Positions 35,797 through 38,416 of a stretch of DNA of 38,416 nucleotides are shown here, piece by piece. This DNA comes from a virus (Duplodnaviria > Heunggongvirae > Uroviricota > Caudoviricetes): IMG/VR virus record IMGVR_UViG_2609459840_000009. The stretch is one strand, 5' to 3'. Within the stretch, counting starts at the first letter, position 1; the number at the start of each line of letters is the position of its first letter. Under the pieces are notes generated by a model. It was given only the letters and a program-made list of their open reading frames with translations. It searched no databases and was not told the origin of the DNA. Made by a program: the position numbers and the translations under genes.

Positions 35797-37482
35797 TTAT
35801 CCTAATCCTGGCCATACCATGACGATGATTGTCCCTGCCAGCGTCAGCAGGACGTTGGCGATTGCATAGGTGCCCGCATAGCCCAGCGCCGGGATGTTAC
35901 TGCGAGCTGTATCACTGATGATCTCCATTGCCGGCGCGCAGGTACGTGCGCCCATCATTGCGCCGAACAACAGCGCGCGGTTCATTCGCAATACATAAGC
36001 ACCGAACAAGAAACAGATAACCACGGGCACCAGACTGACAATCAATCCGGCAATCAACATCTGACCGCCAATCGCGCCCAGGCCGTTATTAATACCGCTA
36101 CCGGCGCTCAGACCAACGCCTGCCATAAACACCATCAAGCCGAACTCTTTCACCATGCTTAATGCACCCTGCGGAATGTAACCGAAGGTCGGGTGGTTAG
36201 CACGCATAAAGCCCAGCATAATTCCGGCGAATAACAACCCGGCAGCGTTCCCCATGCCGAAACTGAATGTGCTGAACTGGAAGGTGATCATCCCGATCAT
36301 CAGCCCAATAACAAAGAAGGCGCAGAATGCCAGCAGGTCAGTGACCTGGCTGTGAATCGAGATAAAGCCGATGCGATCGGCGATGGTTTTTACGCGGCGG
36401 GCATCGCCGCTGACTTGTAAAACGTCACCTTTGTTAAGCACGACGTTGTCATCTATCGGCATCTCAATCTGGCTACGAATGACGCGGTTAAGGAAGCAAC
36501 CGTGATCGGTCAACTTCAGTTGTGCGAGACGTTTACCTACAGCGTTATGGTTTTTAACGACCACTTCTTCAGTGACGATACGCATGTCGAGAAGGTCACG
36601 ATCGAAAACTTCTTTACCGTTACGGAAGCTGGGATCGAGTCGGGCATGGGCGTCGGGATAGCCTACCAACGCTATTTCATCGCCCATTTGTAGCACGGCA
36701 TCACCGTCTGGATTTGCCAGAATCCCGTTACGTCGAATACGTTCAATGTAGCAGCCGGTTTGTCGATAAATACCCAGTTCACGCAGATTTTTGCCGTCGG
36801 TCCAGGCCACCAGTTCCGGGCCGACGCGATAGGCGCGGATCACCGGTAAATAAACCTTACGGTTGGCATCAGTGTCCAGGCCACGTTCGCGGGCGATTTG
36901 CTGGGCGCTGGTCTGTAAGTCCTGATGCTGCAATTTCGGCAAGTAACGCGCACCAACAATCAAACTCACCAGACCGATTAAATAGGTTAAGGCATACCCG
37001 AGGCTCAGATTATCCAGTGCCAGTGAGAGCTGCCTGCTTTCCATGCCGGAATGACGCAGTGTATCGCCAGCACCGACCAGAACCGGTGTCGACGTCATAG
37101 AGCCTGCTAACATACCGGCCGTCAGGCCAATATCCCAGCCAAACAGCTTACCTAACCCTAAGGCGATCACCAGCGCACTGCCAACCATCACCAGTGCTAA
37201 CATTAGGTAATTTTTCCCATCGCGAAAAAAAATGGAAAAAAAGTTCGGTCCGGCTTCGACCCCGACGCAGAAAATAAACAGCATAAAGCCAAGATTAAGC
37301 GCATCGGTGTTAATGCTGAAATGTTGTTGGCCTAATAACAGCGATACGACTAAAACGCCAATGGAATTACCCAGTTGGATCGAACCAAGTCGTAACTTTC
37401 CGAGACATAGCCCAAGCGCGAGGACCACAAATAATAACAGAATGTAATTCCCATTTAACAATTCGGCGACGTTTATATTCAC
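35797..37482 (-). CDS. ybjL: putative transport protein YbjL (AAE-family transporter with TrkA-C domains)
   Basis: 561 aa, multi-pass membrane protein with central soluble domains; GTG start; sequence and context (ybjM and grxA downstream) match the E. coli ybjL locus. Confidence 0.92.
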
Positions 37483-37751
37483 GGAGGCTAACTTCTTGTT
37501 TACTAGTAAGCTGTTGAAAGAAATGGTAATTTACGATAATGTTTTTTACCAGAATTCAGGGCGCAGATTCATTCAGCGCACCTAAACGATAGTAAAGTAA
37601 CAATATATTTTACTAGTGTAATCACATTAGGTATCAACGGCTATATGAATTGCGTTGGCCTATATTAGCATGGAATGCGAAGCGGCTTTATCTTACTGAA
37701 CGCCACACTGGCGAAAAATGTGTTCGATAGACGCAGTGTCAGGAGGAACGA

Positions 37752-38129
37752 GTGAAACATAAACAACGTTGGGCGGGGGCAATCTGCTGTTTTGTCCTCT
37801 TCATTGTGGTGTGCCTTTTTCTGGCGACGCACATGAAAGGCGCTTTTCGGGCTGCCGGGCATCCTGAAATCGGCTTGCTATTTTTCATTCTTCCTGGAGC
37901 AGTCGCCAGCTTCTTTTCACAGCGTAGAGAAGTCCTGAAACCTCTGTTTGGCGCAATGCTGGCGGCACCCTGTTCGATGCTCATTATGCGGCTGTTTTTT
38001 TCACCGACGCGCTCATTCTGGCAAGAGCTGGCATGGTTACTAAGCGCGGTGTTCTGGTGTGCGCTGGGGGCACTGTGTTTCTTATTTATCAGTAGTTTGT
38101 TTAAACCACAGCACAGAAAAAATCAGTAA
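37752..38129 (+). CDS. ybjM: inner membrane protein YbjM
   Basis: 125 aa hydrophobic protein with GTG start and AGGAGG RBS; position between ybjL and grxA. Confidence 0.85.
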   Translation: MKHKQRWAGAICCFVLFIVVCLFLATHMKGAFRAAGHPEIGLLFFILPGAVASFFSQRREVLKPLFGAMLAAPCSMLIMRLFFSPTRSFWQELAWLLSAVFWCALGALCFLFISSLFKPQHRKNQ

Positions 38130-38158
38130 AGCCCTCAACGCGAGGGCTTGTCAGACGA

Positions 38159-38416
38159 TCAGGCGTCCAGATTTTCTTTCACCCATGCAGCAAAATCGGT
38201 ATAGCCGCCGATATGTTGCTGATCGACAAAAATCTGCGGCACGGTTTCTACGGGTTTACCTGCCTTTTGTTGTAGATCTTCTTTAGTGATCCCTTCCGCA
38301 CGAATATCTACATACTGATACTGAAAATCATCGCGTTCATTGCTCAATTTCTCAGCCAGATCTTTTGCACGCACACAGTAAGGGCAACCCGAACGACCAA
38401 AAATAACGGTTTGCAT
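38159..38416 (-). CDS. grxA: glutaredoxin 1
   Basis: 85 aa with CPYC active site (GRSGCPYCVRAK); complete, with ATG at the window end (38414-38416). Confidence 0.93.
   Translation of the reverse strand: MQTVIFGRSGCPYCVRAKDLAEKLSNERDDFQYQYVDIRAEGITKEDLQQKAGKPVETVPQIFVDQQHIGGYTDFAAWVKENLDA

Noticed and set aside
1-38416. CRISPR arrays, tRNA genes, rRNA genes
   Set aside because: No short direct-repeat/spacer arrays and no tRNA-like cloverleaf candidates noticed; the only RNA gene recognised is the rybB-like sRNA. A dedicated scan was not run.

Overview
The window is almost entirely a P2/186-family temperate prophage (about 1..35640) followed by host genes rybB, ybjL, ybjM and grxA. All calls are from reading the sequence and ORF translations by eye; no database search, HMM or GC computation was run. 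The backbone is complete and syntenic: integrase, 186-type CI, an early operon (Cox/Apl-like, CII-like, TraR-type zinc finger, Dam methylase, replication endonuclease A), a LexA-box-controlled DinI-like module, then the late region from portal Q through tail gene D and ogr, including an invertible tail-fibre segment with its invertase. Three visibly AT-rich cargo insertions interrupt this backbone and are the most interesting part. (1) Between the DinI-like gene and portal Q, where P2 carries tin/old, sits a translationally coupled GHKL-type ATPase plus STAS-like (DUF4325-like) pair, with a divergent Zn-ribbon/DUF4145-like gene beside it; this is my best candidate for an undescribed anti-phage system. 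(2) Between int and cI is a membrane-anchored coiled-coil protein ending in a T5orf172/GIY-YIG-like domain. (3) Between late genes S and V is an antisense orphan P-loop ATPase. The prophage right end abuts the 3' end of the sRNA gene rybB, suggesting integration there; attL lies outside the window.
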